Counted from the stretch's first letter, positions 7,890-19,697 are shown. The stretch is 33,242 bases of DNA from a virus (IMGVR_UViG_2703718832_000007:1-33242), one strand, 5' to 3'. Made by a program: numbers and translations. The notes: generated from the letters alone by a model not told the origin.

Positions 7890-10008
7890 GAAAAGCGACA
7901 ATACCAACGCGGGCTAGATTTTTCTTCTCGTCCGCTGATAGCGTATTTACCCAATCCCTATATGGTTTCACTTTCTGCATTGAAGCATCCACCGATTTCC
8001 TAGAGGCTGGAGTGCTAGCGTGACTTGCGGCAATCCTTTTTGAGAGATTTTTAAAAGCCGGAGATGCTATTAATTCATCAGCGGCAGCCATTCTTGAGTT
8101 TTTACCAGAACGGAGGAGGCTAAAGAGTACCCCTGCCGTACCGGCTCCCGGCGCTCCGATGGCAGTGGTTAGCCCCTCTGCTTTAGCCACGTCTTTTCCT
8201 ATTCCATATATACGCCCAAGCATTCCCTTCTCTCCTGCGAACTGATTCATCATCCGGTCAATTTGAGAGGAGGAATACACCTTCTCGCTGCCCACCCTTT
8301 GCATGCCAGAAGCCACCTCATAGATGTTTCTCAACCTACGCGTAGCCGGATAGCCAATTGCCCGGCTCAATGCCTGCATATTTGATTTGTTTCTTGATAG
8401 ACCTCCATACCACTTAACAAATCCAGGAACACCGAGTGACTGCCCGGGAGATTTAGCGAACGTAGTGAAAGCCCTATTCATTGCGGTGGCAACAGCTGGT
8501 TGCACCATGTCATCAGGAAGATTTGAAACCAGGCGACGGAAGTCACCGCCCTTTCCTTGAGACATGTCGACGATAGCTTGCTGCAATTGCGGCACTATTC
8601 CTTTATCCAGGTCTCTGCCAAGATTTTGAATGGCGGCTGCCTGTACTGCGAATCTCTTTCTCCCGATCTCTCTAGCTAAATTCCATGTATCCTCTGCACC
8701 ATATTTGGCAGCAGCGGCTCCCTGATCTTGTATCAGTGCGCTTTCAAGAATTCCAAGGTGCCGAGCGTCGATGCCGCTATATGGCCCTTTATCCATCTCT
8801 TTGCCAAGAGCCCTTCCAACCTGCCGTCGAACTGCATCAAGAAGACCATAAGTCGGGGCGGTGTTTGGGTCTATTTGTTCCAAGGTCTTTGACAGTTGAG
8901 GATATAGCGATTTTAGTTTTTCTAGCCCACCGACATCATCTGCAATATCCTCAATGGCGTTAGTGGTATGGGAGGTATCTACGGTAGCTCTGGTTGGAAT
9001 TTTTGCTCTAATTTGATTGTATAGAGTGTCTTCTTGGCGCTTCAGGTTTGATCTTAACTCCTCATAAGAGCTTTTTACCTTTTGATTGATAAAGTCCTTA
9101 TCAACGCTCCCACCAAAATCATTAATAAATTTATCTGCCTGCTCTCCAAGCCTACTAATGGCCTCTCGCTGTGCGTGGAACAGTTTATTACCAGGGGTTG
9201 CAGCTAAAGCATTTTCAAACGCGCGGTAAGAAGGGTTGCTGGAGTACATGCCGGGAGTTAAGGCATCCTCTATCCCAAGATTGCGGGCGGCCTGTAGCAC
9301 AGAATCATCTGGTGAAACAGCTTCCGCGAGAGCATTCAAACCAGATCTGTTTCCTGTTATTGGATTCACATCTGTAGCTTTCGTTGCAACCTTCGCCATT
9401 CCACTAAGTTCAGATGCCTGAGACATTTCTGCCGATGGAGGCCTAAACCTCTTCGTAACCGCACTGGCTGCTTTACTAATCACTGGAGATGCCAATTCAG
9501 CAATTGGACCAGCGGCAGCACCTATAGTCGCCCCTGTAGTTACATTGCCACCGGTTCCGTTAGCAACAACACCACCTTCAACCGCACCAAGCCCTGCGGC
9601 GGCAGCCAGCCTTGCCGCCCCTTTCGGAACCTGAGAAATAATCCCACCACCACTAACAAATGGCGCTGCTTGTCCAACGAACTCACCAACATCTTGTGCG
9701 GTTGATGGTTTTGCCGCTAACTTCTGCTGTAGAGACTGAATTGCGGCTTGCTCTTCTGGTGTCATATCCTGAAACAGGCCAACACCTTTACCAACATCCA
9801 TCAATCCACTGAGAACGCCATACATAAAACGGTCGAAACCGTTAGCATTATTAACAACATTTTCCTGTCTGGAATTTTCCTCTGGTGAAACCAAAGGAGA
9901 TTGCTGCTGTTCTGGTTGGGAATCAAGCACAAAGCCATCAGGAAGTTGTGAGTTATCAGGCTGTTCATCCAGAACAAACCCCTCTGGTAAACCTACATTG
10001 GTTGCCAT
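7840..10008 (-). CDS. Ejection (injection) protein, P22 gp16-like
   Basis: 722-aa Ala/Gly/Gln-rich protein occupying the last position in the conserved P22 order gp7-gp20-gp16. Confidence 0.75.
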   Translation of the reverse strand: MATNVGLPEGFVLDEQPDNSQLPDGFVLDSQPEQQQSPLVSPEENSRQENVVNNANGFDRFMYGVLSGLMDVGKGVGLFQDMTPEEQAAIQSLQQKLAAKPSTAQDVGEFVGQAAPFVSGGGIISQVPKGAARLAAAAGLGAVEGGVVANGTGGNVTTGATIGAAAGPIAELASPVISKAASAVTKRFRPPSAEMSQASELSGMAKVATKATDVNPITGNRSGLNALAEAVSPDDSVLQAARNLGIEDALTPGMYSSNPSYRAFENALAATPGNKLFHAQREAISRLGEQADKFINDFGGSVDKDFINQKVKSSYEELRSNLKRQEDTLYNQIRAKIPTRATVDTSHTTNAIEDIADDVGGLEKLKSLYPQLSKTLEQIDPNTAPTYGLLDAVRRQVGRALGKEMDKGPYSGIDARHLGILESALIQDQGAAAAKYGAEDTWNLAREIGRKRFAVQAAAIQNLGRDLDKGIVPQLQQAIVDMSQGKGGDFRRLVSNLPDDMVQPAVATAMNRAFTTFAKSPGQSLGVPGFVKWYGGLSRNKSNMQALSRAIGYPATRRLRNIYEVASGMQRVGSEKVYSSSQIDRMMNQFAGEKGMLGRIYGIGKDVAKAEGLTTAIGAPGAGTAGVLFSLLRSGKNSRMAAADELIASPAFKNLSKRIAASHASTPASRKSVDASMQKVKPYRDWVNTLSADEKKNLARVGIVAFLSSNDSLPTEQQAGQQ

Positions 10009-11342
10009 TGTCCGTTCCTGTAAATAATTTTCTGACCAGTTTTAGGATTTTTCGCGGTCATACCTTCTCGAAATGTTTGACCGCCAGATGTTGCTTGTTG
10101 TGTCTGTTGTTGCGCAGGCTGCTGAATATCTTCATACAGCTTGGCTTTTCTGGATTGCAATTGCTTAGTTAGTCCGCTGGGGAGAGAATCTCCATAAGTT
10201 GAAAGATAATCATCCATTTGCTGGTTAAACTTTTCGCCTTCAGTATTTGCCATCAGTTTTGAGGTGTTGATTAAGTCTTGGACTTGCTCATTATTCAGCA
10301 TCTTGCCGTTAGATAATTGGCTAACATAGTTACCAAGTGTGCCGAATATTCCATCAGTGCGTTTTACCTGCACTTGCTCACCTTCGCGTACCACAGATTG
10401 CGGATCCAGCGATTTCATATAGTTGAAAATCATTCCCAACTGCGCGGCTGGAGTGTTGCGCTTCCCAAGGGCTTGTAGGTTGTCAGAAGCACTGCGCATT
10501 GCAGAATAATTCTTTGAGAACCCATTAATATCACTATTCAGATCTCGAACAAGTTTTGGGTCAATCTTTCCGCTTTCCTGTTGTTTCATCCCTAATTCCT
10601 GCAACTTCAGGGCTACGTTATCATTATGCATTTGTGCCCGCTGAGCCCTGTCTAGTTGAGCGTTTTGGATATTTGCCCATCCTCTCGCGTTCTCCATGTC
10701 AGCCTGACGGATGCTTTCATCCAATCGCCCTTTCTCAAGTTGGCGACCAACCATCTTATCCTGATAATCCAGCATTTTATCCGGACCAACAGCCCCTAGC
10801 GTCATAGTAGTCAGCATGTGTGATAGCTGCTCTGGATTCTGGATACCTGTCTGAATCATCCAGTCAGCATTCGCACCAACGCGATTTAACCTGTCCTTGT
10901 TGTCAGTAATGAATTTACTGTAGGCTTCCGGTCCCTGAGAAAGAGCGACGTTAGCCCTCATGGCTAAATCGCCCATATCGTTGCGTTGCTGCTCATTAAG
11001 ACCGGAAAACGCCTGTTGTGCCTGTGCAACAAACGCTGGATTTTCCTGGGCAAACTTAAATAGTCCCGATGGATCACCAGAAGCCCATGCATCAGCGTGA
11101 ACCTTATTGAACGCACTAATCGCTTTCTGTTGCTGTTCCTGATTGTAAATATCAGCAACTCCAGCCAGACCACGTAACGCGGTCAGACCAACGTTATTTG
11201 CACCTGAGCGAGCCAACTCATTGTTTTCGCGGATCATACCAAGCGTTGCGTTGATGTCGCTTGCCTTTGGCGCATTCTCATTTTGCGTACCGATGCCAGC
11301 CAGAAAACCACCAGAATTAATACCCTGTTGCCACGTAGCCAT
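9993..11342 (-). CDS. Ejection protein, P22 gp20-like
   Basis: 449 aa (P22 gp20 about 471 aa); synteny between gp7-like and gp16-like genes. Confidence 0.75.
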   Translation of the reverse strand: MATWQQGINSGGFLAGIGTQNENAPKASDINATLGMIRENNELARSGANNVGLTALRGLAGVADIYNQEQQQKAISAFNKVHADAWASGDPSGLFKFAQENPAFVAQAQQAFSGLNEQQRNDMGDLAMRANVALSQGPEAYSKFITDNKDRLNRVGANADWMIQTGIQNPEQLSHMLTTMTLGAVGPDKMLDYQDKMVGRQLEKGRLDESIRQADMENARGWANIQNAQLDRAQRAQMHNDNVALKLQELGMKQQESGKIDPKLVRDLNSDINGFSKNYSAMRSASDNLQALGKRNTPAAQLGMIFNYMKSLDPQSVVREGEQVQVKRTDGIFGTLGNYVSQLSNGKMLNNEQVQDLINTSKLMANTEGEKFNQQMDDYLSTYGDSLPSGLTKQLQSRKAKLYEDIQQPAQQQTQQATSGGQTFREGMTAKNPKTGQKIIYRNGQWQPM

Positions 11343-11352
11343 TGATTACCCC

Positions 11353-12042
11353 TTAAAACAACGAGCCAAGCAGACCAAGACCGCCGCCGATCGCAGCCCC
11401 CCACGGAGTTGATGAGCCAATTAATTTCGCAAGTCCGGCCCCAGCAATAGCACCAGACGCACCTCCGCCAATAGCAGATTGCATTGCTGATGGTCTGTTG
11501 GCGTTTGCCGCTGCAAGAGCCGCGCTTTGCTGTGAAATCTGACTCATGTTGTTGGCATATGTTTGCCCGGCGTTTGCCTGACCTTGCAGTGCGCCAAGAC
11601 CAATATTTGCCAGATTCTGGTAGTTGTTCATCTGACCAGACAGCCACTGCTGACCAAGCGTTGGTGCGATTGTTGCTAACTGATTACCGGTTGCAGTGGA
11701 ACCCAATCCACCTGTTGCTTCCGCTGCCGCCAGACTCTGATAGCGAGCCTGACCAGCAAGATCTTTGTACTGCTGAGAGTTGTAATACTGGTTAAGTGCC
11801 TGACCTTGCCCTTCCAGAGACGATAAGTTCTCGAGGCTGCCGACATACTTATCAGCCAGAGGAGTAAACGGCTTCAGGTTGTTCATAATGGTGTTGAACT
11901 GCTGATTTTGCAGGTCTGCAGCATACTTCTGGGCTTCTGCTGCATACTTTGCGCTTTTATCAGAGCCACCTTTCCCGCCTTTTTCAGGGCAATAAGGTTC
12001 CTCGCCGCGCAGTTTTCTGCCCAGCTTAAATGCATATAACAT
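11353..12042 (-). CDS. Ejection protein, P22 gp7-like
   Basis: 229 aa, the same length as P22 gp7; N-terminus MLYAFKLGRKLRGEE resembles gp7; Gly/Ala/Gln-rich C-terminus. Confidence 0.75.
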   Translation of the reverse strand: MLYAFKLGRKLRGEEPYCPEKGGKGGSDKSAKYAAEAQKYAADLQNQQFNTIMNNLKPFTPLADKYVGSLENLSSLEGQGQALNQYYNSQQYKDLAGQARYQSLAAAEATGGLGSTATGNQLATIAPTLGQQWLSGQMNNYQNLANIGLGALQGQANAGQTYANNMSQISQQSAALAAANANRPSAMQSAIGGGASGAIAGAGLAKLIGSSTPWGAAIGGGLGLLGSLF

Positions 12043-12044
12043 GG

Positions 12045-12500
12045 CTATCTCCCGTGATTCAGGAAGTCGATTAGTTCTTCGCGTGTGGCGCTGTAAAACG
12101 TCACGTCATCCACGCCTTTGAAGTATTTCTTGATGGTTCCTACACGCTTAAGGCCAATCATTGCGCAGTACATCTGCCCGTGGCGGAATTTGCGTGCGGC
12201 GAACGATGTGACGCACTGAACGGTGGTGTTAGTCAGAATGTATCGCCAGAACGCCAGCCCGATTTCCTTGCTGAAGCCGCGAATCTCTGGCAGGTACATG
12301 GCGTGGCAATCGAATGTCTGCGGTTGAATCTCCTGATAGTAAACAATGCCGCCAAACTGCCCGTGCACGTTCACCTCAAAGTAACGGCATTCAGGTTTGT
12401 AGTCGTATCCATCACCGTTGTTGCTCCCGGCGATAATGTCAGGGTGATTTCCTACTGCTTCTATCAGGTCGATGTTTCGCGTTGGTTTGAATGTAATCAT
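12045..12500 (-). CDS. Hypothetical protein in the P22 gp14 position
   Basis: 151-aa ORF between the gp26-like and gp7-like genes; assignment by synteny only. Confidence 0.5.
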   Translation of the reverse strand: MITFKPTRNIDLIEAVGNHPDIIAGSNNGDGYDYKPECRYFEVNVHGQFGGIVYYQEIQPQTFDCHAMYLPEIRGFSKEIGLAFWRYILTNTTVQCVTSFAARKFRHGQMYCAMIGLKRVGTIKKYFKGVDDVTFYSATREELIDFLNHGR

Positions 12501-13138
12501 CAGTCAATCAACCCATGTGCACGCAAGGCGTCTTCCAAAGCCTTAGTGCGCCGACGCTCAGCAATTAGAGCATTGGCTATAGCCTGGATTTCAGATTGCG
12601 TGTAAGTATCGCTAACGGTGAATGTCAGGTCAGCATTGAATACGCCTTTATTCGCCGTACCTGTTGCCGCGGTCCATCCAGTCTGGCGAGCGCCAACAAC
12701 TTTTGTACCGTTAACAGAATAACTTCCTGATACGTTAAGGGATGAGGCAAGAGTTTGAGTTCCTGCTCTGCTGAGTGAAACATAATCAACGATTATCTCT
12801 GATACCTTACCGTCGATATCCTGAACTTTTATTTTCAGACCATTAACATCATTCTCTATTTCAAGAAGCTTTACTTTTATTCCTGAAATATCCTCTTCTG
12901 TTTTTGCAATTCTTTTTTCGTGCTCATCAAGAATTACATCCTGCTCATCATTTCTGACCTGCGCATCATAAGCACCGCCTCCTGCCTGATTTGCCTTTTC
13001 TGCAATGGAGCCAACATCAGTACCCTGATTTATGACATACAGAAGGTAAGACTGACTGAATATGTTGCGAGGGAGAATAGATGCATCAATGCGTGTAGCC
13101 TGAACCACGACAGGCTTATTAAGTGACGGGTCTGCCAT
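12500..13138 (-). CDS. Tail needle protein, P22 gp26-like
   Basis: 212 aa; N-terminus [43 protein letters not shown] and C-terminus [35 protein letters not shown] closely match P22 gp26; the central coiled coil is shorter. Confidence 0.9.
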   Translation of the reverse strand: MADPSLNKPVVVQATRIDASILPRNIFSQSYLLYVINQGTDVGSIAEKANQAGGGAYDAQVRNDEQDVILDEHEKRIAKTEEDISGIKVKLLEIENDVNGLKIKVQDIDGKVSEIIVDYVSLSRAGTQTLASSLNVSGSYSVNGTKVVGARQTGWTAATGTANKGVFNADLTFTVSDTYTQSEIQAIANALIAERRRTKALEDALRAHGLID

Positions 13139-13141
13139 ATT

Positions 13142-14560
13142 TTACTCCAGACGAATTTGACACCCGGATAGTGTTACTGGTGACTTCGTGATAACGCGCA
13201 ATTTGAAACCAATGTTTTTCCTGATGCGCCCTACTTTCTTCCACAAAACGCGTTTGTCGTAAACGAACGGTTCATTCTGCTCAATAATCTGCTCACGCCC
13301 GTAATTTATGCCGTCAGTGGTTGCAGAGAGGAACAGGCGGTCGGCGTACTGAGCTACGCCAGTGGATGATTCCACCTCCAGATCGAAGCATCTGGCGTTA
13401 TCCGCTTTGAACAATGGAGTAAACAGCAGGTGTTCCTGTTGCTTGTCGTACTGGCTGCTGATATCGAACTGCAATTTCCCGGTCACCGATTCCAGCTTAT
13501 CGCCACACGTTATCTGATGGCCTTCGTAAATGAAGTCGATAGCGCGGTACACATCGTCATACAGGCCTGTTTTCAGCACACACCATTGCGGACCATTGGC
13601 GCTTGAAGATGCGTCGTACACGAGAACATGGCGCGGAAGGTGGATAATCAGCAACTCATGAGCATCAAAGCGCAGAGACTCCATCACGCCATCAGCCAGT
13701 TCATCAGCAGTGTAGGAGCGGAGGATTTTCTCAATGCTCGCGCTGGCGATTGGTGATACCTGACCGGAGCCGATGATATACACAGACGGCGCACCTGTTG
13801 CCGGATTGCTGATGAACGCATACGAATCAGCAAACGGCGTTTTGCAGTAAGTCCCGGCAATGCCTTTTTGCACCATCAGCGATGGCTGTGCGACATACAA
13901 AGCGGCACCAACGGTGGTTGCCCCAGTCAGGGAGAAATATTCAATCGTCGATGAACCAAAACAGACGATGAAATCTCGCCATGTGCCGATACCTATGATG
14001 CCGTCCGGCTGAGATTCTGCGCGATATTGAGCACTGTAACGGTCAGGGTGCGATTCGTCTTCAAGGTCAGTGATAAACCATGAATCAGTACCGTCTTTTG
14101 ACCACGCATAACGCCCACGTAAGCGCGTAATGTCGCGGACTGAGCCTAACTCATACTGCGTGAATCCGCTGTCTGTAGGCCAGTTTGAGACGGTTTTAAC
14201 CGTGCCATCATAGCGATACTCGACCAGTTGACCATTAACGCCTACCGCCTGTGATGTTCGACCATGCGCCATTGATACGCGACCACTTCCGGCAACATCA
14301 CCAACCTCGCTTTCGCCCTTATACAGCTTGCCACCACACACGCGATAAACAGCATTCTGCGCCATGTTGTACTCGACGCCTCGCGATACGCCGTTCACAT
14401 CAGAACGTTTGGCAATGCCCGGGAATGAGCGAAGATATCCGCTGCTGTTCAGGATTTCTTTGGGTGTAGCCAGCATATTCACTGGCAGATAGTCGATATA
14501 GTCGGCGTTTCTGAAGTCTTTGCCGACACCTTTCATAAGCGGAAGTTGCTGAATCGGCAT
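13142..14560 (-). CDS. Tail accessory protein, P22 gp10-like
   Basis: 472 aa, the same length as P22 gp10, with near-identity over long stretches (MPIQQLPLMKGVGKDFRNADYIDYLPVNMLATPKEILNSSGYLRSFPGI...). Confidence 0.9.
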   Translation of the reverse strand: MPIQQLPLMKGVGKDFRNADYIDYLPVNMLATPKEILNSSGYLRSFPGIAKRSDVNGVSRGVEYNMAQNAVYRVCGGKLYKGESEVGDVAGSGRVSMAHGRTSQAVGVNGQLVEYRYDGTVKTVSNWPTDSGFTQYELGSVRDITRLRGRYAWSKDGTDSWFITDLEDESHPDRYSAQYRAESQPDGIIGIGTWRDFIVCFGSSTIEYFSLTGATTVGAALYVAQPSLMVQKGIAGTYCKTPFADSYAFISNPATGAPSVYIIGSGQVSPIASASIEKILRSYTADELADGVMESLRFDAHELLIIHLPRHVLVYDASSSANGPQWCVLKTGLYDDVYRAIDFIYEGHQITCGDKLESVTGKLQFDISSQYDKQQEHLLFTPLFKADNARCFDLEVESSTGVAQYADRLFLSATTDGINYGREQIIEQNEPFVYDKRVLWKKVGRIRKNIGFKLRVITKSPVTLSGCQIRLE

Positions 14561-14569
14561 TTATTCACC

Positions 14570-15031
14570 TCACGTACTCGGATCATCTTTCTCGATGTAA
14601 AACCGATTCCACGTAAACGCGCTTTTGTTACCACTACCGCGAGGCATGTCATTTCGCCGCTCAAGTGGTGGTATTTTGGTTAAAGCGATGCAGATTGTCT
14701 GATATGCACTGTCAGCAGCGGTAAGGAGAGCGTCTGACGGCTGAATGACGTTATCCATGCACACTTGCACCGCGAGTTTCAAAGCGACGCCATCATTTGC
14801 CCATGCAGGGATACCTGAATCATCGTCCGGTAACGGCATGATGCCGTTTTCTGTATCAGCAAACTGATACCCAAGCTCGATACCTTTAGCCTGCCATGCT
14901 GCCATCATGTCTTCGAGGTCATTAATGGCATCTTCAATTGCCTGAGGGTCAGCATCTGTCAACGTGGCATTGGAATACAGCCCGGCTTTTCGTAAAGCCT
15001 TTAGAACGAGATCACCCTTCGTTTTCGCCAT
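14570..15031 (-). CDS. Tail accessory protein, P22 gp4-like
   Basis: 153 aa; N-terminus MAKTKGDLVLKALRKAGLYSNATLTDADPQ resembles P22 gp4; conserved position between coat and gp10. Confidence 0.8.
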   Translation of the reverse strand: MAKTKGDLVLKALRKAGLYSNATLTDADPQAIEDAINDLEDMMAAWQAKGIELGYQFADTENGIMPLPDDDSGIPAWANDGVALKLAVQVCMDNVIQPSDALLTAADSAYQTICIALTKIPPLERRNDMPRGSGNKSAFTWNRFYIEKDDPST

Positions 15032-15200
15032 CTTCTTCCGCCTTAGCCACTTTATGCTTCGTTGCGGTTTCTTCAGGAGTTTTTACCCAGCCTTTTTTCA
15101 GGTGAGATTTAACTTCTTCGTCATCAACAATGATGTAATCGACAGCAAACTGACCACAGGTGATCATGTTGCCCGGCTTATAGAGCATTGTTCGTGCCAT
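15012..15200 (-). CDS. Small hypothetical protein between coat and gp4
   Basis: 62-aa ORF from the internal ATG of the track ORF, with a GGAGAAG RBS; no known domain. Confidence 0.35.
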   Translation of the reverse strand: MARTMLYKPGNMITCGQFAVDYIIVDDEEVKSHLKKGWVKTPEETATKHKVAKAEEDGENEG

Positions 15201-15241
15201 TGTCTTCTCCCAATAAAAATGGGGCCGAAGCCCCACCAAAA

Positions 15242-16495
15242 TTACTGCCCGGCAATAACGATGCCCGTATATTCAGGAACAAGTACAGAGCAACCGTACA
15301 GAGTGGTGAAACGAGCAGTGGTTACGCCTTTGATGTGGTCGAAGGCATAAGACATGATCAGCGTAGCGCCCTGCTCGGTGGTTGCTGTCATTACCTGTGG
15401 ACCCTGACCAGTCGGGAACGCCAGTTTGCCGTACATCAGTTCAACAGAACCATCAGCCCAGAACAGGTTAGCCGGTGCGGCATTCTTGTTGAGAATGGTA
15501 ATTGCTGCACCATTTGCCGCGTTAGCATCAACGTTTGCATATGGACGGCTGGCGACATCTGCGTTGTCAGGCGGCAGAATTTTCGGGGAGATAGTTACTA
15601 TCGTTCCGCTTACTGCCAGAACGCGGAATACCTGCGGCTGCCCGGTGGTATCTTTGGTGATCTGGTGTACGGAATTCACGCCAGCAATGGTGAACGCATC
15701 GCCAACCTGCAAACCAGATGCAGATACCGTAATGGTCCCCTGTCGGTTATCCACTGGCATATCGTTGGCATCTTTCGCTTCAACCTTGTGCGCAGGTTTA
15801 GCCGCCAGCGTCAGGGAAGTTGCTGTACCCTTCGGAACACGACCAGAAATATCGGTCTTGTAGCTATCGAAGGACGCAACCGGAGGGATCTGCGCTTTTT
15901 CGTATGCTGTCAGGGTTGCGCCCTGAGCATAGGCACGGTGACCAAGCTCGCCAGCAAGGTCTTTGTAGTTGAAGGGGTTCCAGAAAGAGCGGCGGTTGAT
16001 ACCCTGTGGTACACCAATCGCCGTCATGGTGGCATCAATACCTGCCGCACAGTTCCACAAATCACGGCCCTGTGAACCAGTGGTTGAGTCAGCCATTGTG
16101 ATCACGTTAGTAGCACGCTGCGTGACCATGGAAATCAGGTCAGAGTCAATCTGTGCAGCAAGGCGCATACCTGCGGCGCGACCAGCTTCAGTTTTATGTT
16201 CCGGGTCACGCATTTCACGCGCATCCAGAGTGTACAGAATGTTTTTCGGCTCCTTGAACACAGAAGGAACAAGGCGCTGAACCAGTGCTGTTGGCGTTTT
16301 GCTGCTGAGGTCGAGGCCTTCCTCAATGTTCATGTGGTAATGCTGCGGACGATACAGAACATCACCTGCTCGCTGCATTGCTGTATCACCGGGACGGAAT
16401 TTTTTAGCGTTACGGGAAACTACGCAGGCGGCCTCAAAGCCTTCAACGTAGTTTTCGAACATGATTTCAAGGTCTTTTGCTAATTGGTTAGCCAT
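15242..16495 (-). CDS. Major capsid (coat) protein, P22/Sf6 gp5 family
   Basis: 417 aa; located between scaffold and gp4 as in P22; size matches the P22-type coat (about 430 aa). Confidence 0.85.
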   Translation of the reverse strand: MANQLAKDLEIMFENYVEGFEAACVVSRNAKKFRPGDTAMQRAGDVLYRPQHYHMNIEEGLDLSSKTPTALVQRLVPSVFKEPKNILYTLDAREMRDPEHKTEAGRAAGMRLAAQIDSDLISMVTQRATNVITMADSTTGSQGRDLWNCAAGIDATMTAIGVPQGINRRSFWNPFNYKDLAGELGHRAYAQGATLTAYEKAQIPPVASFDSYKTDISGRVPKGTATSLTLAAKPAHKVEAKDANDMPVDNRQGTITVSASGLQVGDAFTIAGVNSVHQITKDTTGQPQVFRVLAVSGTIVTISPKILPPDNADVASRPYANVDANAANGAAITILNKNAAPANLFWADGSVELMYGKLAFPTGQGPQVMTATTEQGATLIMSYAFDHIKGVTTARFTTLYGCSVLVPEYTGIVIAGQ

Positions 16496-16513
16496 GCTTA
16501 ATGCTCCGATAGG

Positions 16514-17407
16514 TTATTTTTTTGCCTTTTTAGCGGCGAAATACGGCGTCCAGTCACCAGTTTCCAGCGCCTTGGCTTTCAATTTGTCGAGGTTGTTGAT
16601 TACTGCGCCGTTGCTCCCCTTAACTGTCGGGGTTGTGGCTGCCGTGGTTTTTGCTTTTGGCATGATTCTGGCCTTCGATTCGATACGTTCCAGCAGACGA
16701 CCAATTGCTACGGGGTTGGTAGCTTCTGCCAGTTGCTTGCGCAGTTCAGCGTTGCGACCGAGCGCCAGAACAACGATTTCCGGCTTCTCTGACTCAAACA
16801 GGATCGCGTTTTGTGTCTCGATGGGGATTTCCTCGAGTACGGCCTGCTCAGCTTCCTGATAGCCAGGAACTTTGAGAGCCTTAACACGTTGCTGATATTT
16901 GGATAATCGCTCTTGATAGGCAGCCTGAAGCTCCTGCTCCTTCTGCTTGCGAGCCATCTCCTGTTGCTGGTACTTGCCGTTATCCTCTGCCCACTTAGTC
17001 ATGCGTTGCTGATAGATTTCTTCATCGAAACCGATGTCCTCATCATCCAGTTTTGGCATTCGCGGTGGTTGAGTGATTACCGGCTGCTGCTCGACGGGTT
17101 TCTGAGACTGACGCATCAGCTCTTTCAGCTCACGGTCTTTCTCTTTAATCGTCTTGCGCAGGTGTTTTACCAGTCCATGCTCTGCGCCATCTTCGCTGGT
17201 TGGCGAATCCAGCTTTTCGTCACCAAAGTAGAATTCCTGTTCTGATTCGTCGTCATCAGTTTCAGTAGCTTCCTCTGCATCATTGCCGGAGGACTCACTG
17301 CCATCTTCTGTTTCGACTTTTTCAGCCAGTTCGACATCATCAGGAATCTGCTCTGACGCGTCGGTTTCGATTTCAACTTCTGGTGTGTTTTCTGCCATCT
17401 GGTCCAT
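16514..17407 (-). CDS. Scaffolding protein
   Basis: 297-aa highly acidic, helical, Glu/Lys/Gln-rich protein directly upstream of the coat gene (P22 gp8 is about 303 aa). Confidence 0.85.
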   Translation of the reverse strand: MDQMAENTPEVEIETDASEQIPDDVELAEKVETEDGSESSGNDAEEATETDDDESEQEFYFGDEKLDSPTSEDGAEHGLVKHLRKTIKEKDRELKELMRQSQKPVEQQPVITQPPRMPKLDDEDIGFDEEIYQQRMTKWAEDNGKYQQQEMARKQKEQELQAAYQERLSKYQQRVKALKVPGYQEAEQAVLEEIPIETQNAILFESEKPEIVVLALGRNAELRKQLAEATNPVAIGRLLERIESKARIMPKAKTTAATTPTVKGSNGAVINNLDKLKAKALETGDWTPYFAAKKAKK

Positions 17408-17497
17408 TTGTTACCCCTGTTTACTCGATGTTCAGCCCATCGGAAGGCAATAGGGTGCCAGGCCTCATAAAGACAGCCATTGCACGTTATGGGTTAA

Positions 17498-19696
17498 TTA
17501 CTGCTGTGGTTGTTGCTGAGTTGATTTTTGCAGGATGCTGCTGATGTCCATGCGCTGCGCATGGCCCTGTGCCTGACTTTTCAGGACAAGCTCTGCATCA
17601 GCACGGGCATTGTCTCCTTGCTGTTGCTGGAACTGTCCGAGCAGTTTCAGCGCCTCACGGATATCAGATTTTTGCTGGCTATCGGCAGATGCGAGGATTT
17701 TCACAACATTTGCCGCAGCAACCTGAGCATCCGTCTGTGCCTGGAATGCTTTAACCTGAATGGCTGCTTGTTCGTTCTGCGCTTTCTGCAATTCAGCCTG
17801 ACCAGCAAGAAGCTGACCTTGCGCAGCAACCATAGCCGGATCTGGCTGACTGGCCTGTTGTTGTTTCGCCTGCTCAACCATCTGCTGTTCTTCTGGTGTT
17901 CTCGGCTTAATAACGCCAGACAGAAGCAACTGATTGCGGTTGTATTCTTTAAGGTCGTCCATCCCTTCGCCGTCCATATTGTCGAGAATCATCGACGATA
18001 CAAGGTCATGCTTCGGCGTTCCTGGCGGGATAAGTGCCAGCATGGAAAGCAACGACTTAACCGTTGCATCACGGCGAGTAGCGAACGACTGACCGACATC
18101 GACAGTCACTTCATAGTTACCCTGCGAAAGGTCGTTAAGCGCGATAACCTTCCCTGTCTGACGGTCAACCACTTCACCAGTCATCAGCGCCACGTCATCG
18201 CTGCCATCCTCATTAACGATGCGCATTGGCGTATCGCTGCCATAGACTTCACGAGCCATAGAAAGCCACACGACGCCAGCACGGCGCATGGATTTAGCCA
18301 TGTTGTCCATGTAGATATAGGACTGCGTGTCCATCCGGTTAAAGATGCTATCAACGGTATCGGTAGCGACGTTGCTCGGCATGTTCTCAAGCTGCGACGC
18401 ACCTGTAATTTGCTGAATAGCCGTTCCGGTGTACTGCAATAGCCCGGCAAGAGCAGGAGGCATTTGTGTCGGAGGTGTCCAGCCAGCAACCTGAGCCTCT
18501 GAAATGACCGTTCCGTTTTTGTCCTTCTTGCTGGTCATGGGAAGAACTGCAGGTCTTTTCTTATTCCTCTCTGCCCAGTGATTCATTAATGGACCGGGAA
18601 TGAAATCAACATCCACGATAGGAATGCCATCACCGCCAGCCTGAGTAGCATTATCTGCAATCATGGAAACCATCAGGTTCTCAAGACGCTGTGCATCCAT
18701 CGCTTTTGCTGCGTGGCCTTCGATTCGCTCCTGATTATCAACAAATGAACGACGACCATATACCGGGATGAGAGGAATATGTTCGCCCGGAATACGCTTC
18801 GGTTCTTCCAGCCATTCAGCGCCAGACAGAAGACCGCAATAAACTCGGCGTTTCTTCACCGTTCGCTCGCCAATCAGTTCGAATGCACCATCGGTCAGCT
18901 CGTCGACAATATCTTTGATTTGCTCTTCATCATAGATTGCCGTTTCTCCGCTGACAGGGTTACGCCATGCTGTGAGCTTCACCTTCTCTATGCGGACTTC
19001 GTAGTAGCGTCCAACATAGATGGCATCTGGCGTTGACCAGTCATATTGAGTGCCAGTGTCATCACGAGAAAGGCTTGCCGCGATGGAATCAGGGTATTCA
19101 GCCTCGAACGCTTTAGGCGTCATGGAGAACATTTCCATAGCCCACATAGCATCAGAACGGTCATATTGCTTGCTGTCCTGATCGAAGAAGACGCATGTCG
19201 CTGGGTCGTAAACAGGAAGAAGGCTGATGCGTCGCTGCTCGTTACTCGGATCCATTTCATCTTCGTAATCGGCACACATGCGGAAACAACCGAATCCGCC
19301 CGTTACAGCATCATCAAATGCGTTATCACACGCTTCGCCACCGGATGTTTCCTGATAGTCAGCGCGGAATTTTCCGTTCATCTTTTCGGCTAACGCTTCC
19401 GATGCCTTATCGTCCTTCGGTCTGAATTTAACGCTGATGCGATTCTGTCGATACTCGCCAATGATGCGATCACATTCACGGGCAATCTTATTCAGTTCAA
19501 AACGCGGATAATGCTCAAACCTGCCTTCATCAAATGAGTAACCAGCGTTTGTGCTGCCTTCCCACTGTGCGCCGGACACCCGGACGAAACGTTGAGCCTC
19601 AATAATCTGCTCACGCATATCCTGCGTTGCTGACCAGGCATTATCAAAGTTGCACAGCACCTTGCGATGCCAGTCAGTCATCTTTTTTTCTGCCAT
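17498..19696 (-). CDS. Portal protein, P22 gp1 family
   Basis: 732 aa (P22 portal 725 aa); conserved blocks such as GEHIPLIPVYG, LLAGQAELQKAQNEQ and QRMDISSILQ match the P22 portal including the C-terminal barrel region. Confidence 0.9.
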   Translation of the reverse strand: MAEKKMTDWHRKVLCNFDNAWSATQDMREQIIEAQRFVRVSGAQWEGSTNAGYSFDEGRFEHYPRFELNKIARECDRIIGEYRQNRISVKFRPKDDKASEALAEKMNGKFRADYQETSGGEACDNAFDDAVTGGFGCFRMCADYEDEMDPSNEQRRISLLPVYDPATCVFFDQDSKQYDRSDAMWAMEMFSMTPKAFEAEYPDSIAASLSRDDTGTQYDWSTPDAIYVGRYYEVRIEKVKLTAWRNPVSGETAIYDEEQIKDIVDELTDGAFELIGERTVKKRRVYCGLLSGAEWLEEPKRIPGEHIPLIPVYGRRSFVDNQERIEGHAAKAMDAQRLENLMVSMIADNATQAGGDGIPIVDVDFIPGPLMNHWAERNKKRPAVLPMTSKKDKNGTVISEAQVAGWTPPTQMPPALAGLLQYTGTAIQQITGASQLENMPSNVATDTVDSIFNRMDTQSYIYMDNMAKSMRRAGVVWLSMAREVYGSDTPMRIVNEDGSDDVALMTGEVVDRQTGKVIALNDLSQGNYEVTVDVGQSFATRRDATVKSLLSMLALIPPGTPKHDLVSSMILDNMDGEGMDDLKEYNRNQLLLSGVIKPRTPEEQQMVEQAKQQQASQPDPAMVAAQGQLLAGQAELQKAQNEQAAIQVKAFQAQTDAQVAAANVVKILASADSQQKSDIREALKLLGQFQQQQGDNARADAELVLKSQAQGHAQRMDISSILQKSTQQQPQQ

Positions 19697-19697
19697 A

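Noticed and set aside
11234-11647. 137-aa minus-strand ORF and other 60-140 aa ORFs nested inside the ejection, portal and terminase genes
   Set aside because: All lie in alternative frames of strongly supported structural genes and show skewed composition (Arg/Cys/Trp-rich) typical of off-frame translation.
15188-16075. 295-aa plus-strand ORF
   Set aside because: Entirely antisense to the well-supported coat gene; Arg/Cys-rich low-complexity translation typical of a reverse-frame artefact; no RBS.
17528-18442. 304-aa plus-strand ORF
   Set aside because: Antisense to the portal gene, whose translation matches P22 portal strongly; no independent support.
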